DNA of 64,000 nt, taken from the NCBI RefSeq assembly GCF_947568905.1, contig NC_079164.1, positions 71,052,001-71,116,000 on the forward strand, read 5' to 3'. The notes beneath the pieces are model-generated. The model had not been told where the DNA came from. It saw nothing but the letters and a program-made list of their open reading frames with translations, and did not search any database. The position numbers were made by a program, and so were the translations under genes. This document shows positions 63,040 through 64,000 of this stretch, in pieces. How positions within the stretch are numbered: the stretch's first letter is position 1; each line of letters starts with the position of its first letter. This DNA is from Ostrea edulis. Taxonomy: Eukaryota.

Positions 63040-63890
63040 TGAAAGTTAAGGTCTTACCATAAGGAATCTATATACAACATTTGAAATTCCTACCTTGAAC
63101 ATTTCAGCTGATATTGCTTAGGTTCACTTTAACCTAGTTAACTGGGTTAAGATACAAGGTCAAAGTTGCAAGGTTAAACACTTGGTACCAACAGAGAGGT
63201 CTTGTCACAAGGAATGCATGCATGGAATACGAACGACATATCACACAGCATTCAAAAATTTTGAGATCGGTTAAAGTTTTGGTTAAAGTTTTAAAATGTG
63301 GGTCAAACTTCAAGGCTACGGTCATATGACCAAAAACGCCAAGGCATCAAAGGAAATTTCTTAATTTCTTGCCATTACCTTAAATAGTTCCAAGATATAT
63401 TGCCTAGCTTAGATTTTTCTTTTCAACAGTAGGTTCCCGTGAGGATCCGGGTTAGAATAGGTCCTCAGTACCCCCTTGCTTGTCGTAAGAGGCGACTAAA
63501 TGGGGCGGTCCATTGGATGAGACAGCAAAAACCGAGATCCAGTGTTACAGCAGGTGTGACACGATAAAGATCCCTCCCTGCTCAATGGGCATAAGCGCCG
63601 AGCATAGGCCTAAATTTTGCAGCCCTTCACTGGCAATGTTGACGTCACCATATGAGTGAAATATTCTTGAGAGGGACGTTAAACAATATTCAATCAATCA
63701 AAAGTAGGTTAAACTCAAAGGTCAAGATCACAAGGTCAAAACCTTTGATACCAAAAGAAATGTCTTGTTACGAAGAATACAACTATGAAATATGAGAGCC
63801 CTTTCACTCACCATTCAAGTTTTAGACACACAGTAGAAAAACAATATAACCCCCCCCCCCCCACCCCCGACTTTAGTTAGGGGGCATAAA
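63040..63890 (+). mobile_element. Degraded HINE element interrupted by a SINE
   Basis: aaggtcaa..ggtaccaa..gaggtcttgtcacaaggaat units on both sides of the SINE; 3' hairpin cccgactttagttagggg-cataaaaa. A HINE-type 5' fragment is at 62193-62330. Confidence 0.6.
63436..63702 (+). mobile_element. SINE-like retroposon, TSD-bounded
   Basis: Core cttgcttgtcgtaagaggcgactaaatggggcggtcc, (CAAT)n tail, TSD AGTAGGTT at 63428-35 and 63703-10. Confidence 0.85.
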
Positions 63891-64000
63891 AAATCAACAT
63901 AACTTAGGAAATTTGCAGTTGATATGATTAGTGTGTTCCTTCTAATCTTGAAAATCCTGTTTATTCTCATGTCGGACCTTGCTCTCCTAAGACTGGCAAG

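Noticed and set aside
63436-63510. HDV-like ribozyme fold for the SINE 5' end
   Set aside because: Could not place P3/L3 and the P1.1 GG in the required order; kept only as an unassigned structured domain.

Overview
AT-rich eukaryotic genomic DNA whose repeat content points to a bivalve, most likely an ostreid oyster (inferred from repeat families, not verified). One scaffold gap is at 21950-22085. Two spliced protein-coding genes can be rebuilt by hand, both on the minus strand. (1) Pax3/7: six core coding exons, complement(join 17924-17987, 13765-14286, 5773-6108, 5193-5308, 4265-4436, 3985-4109), 444 aa, with paired domain, octapeptide, S50 homeodomain and C-terminal OAR motif. Several extra phase-compatible mini/micro-exon candidates lie in intron 1. 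(2) A 172-aa single-pass membrane protein of CYYR1/Shisa-like architecture: complement(join 57564-57624, 54560-54617, 54253-54407, 53213-53457). The rest is a dense patchwork of transposon relics: Penelope-like retroelements, a LINE, a Gypsy relic, a pogo-type transposase, TTAA-flanked Kolobok-type MITEs, Helentron/HINE elements carrying ~160-bp satellites, SINEs and small foldback elements. The most striking patterns are a roughly 15-fold excess of TACATGTA, which at several sites is demonstrably a TA->TACATGTA insertion (a transposon excision footprint pattern), a complete minimal hammerhead ribozyme at 25392-25444, and a 92-bp near-perfect palindrome with an intact 8-bp target-site duplication.
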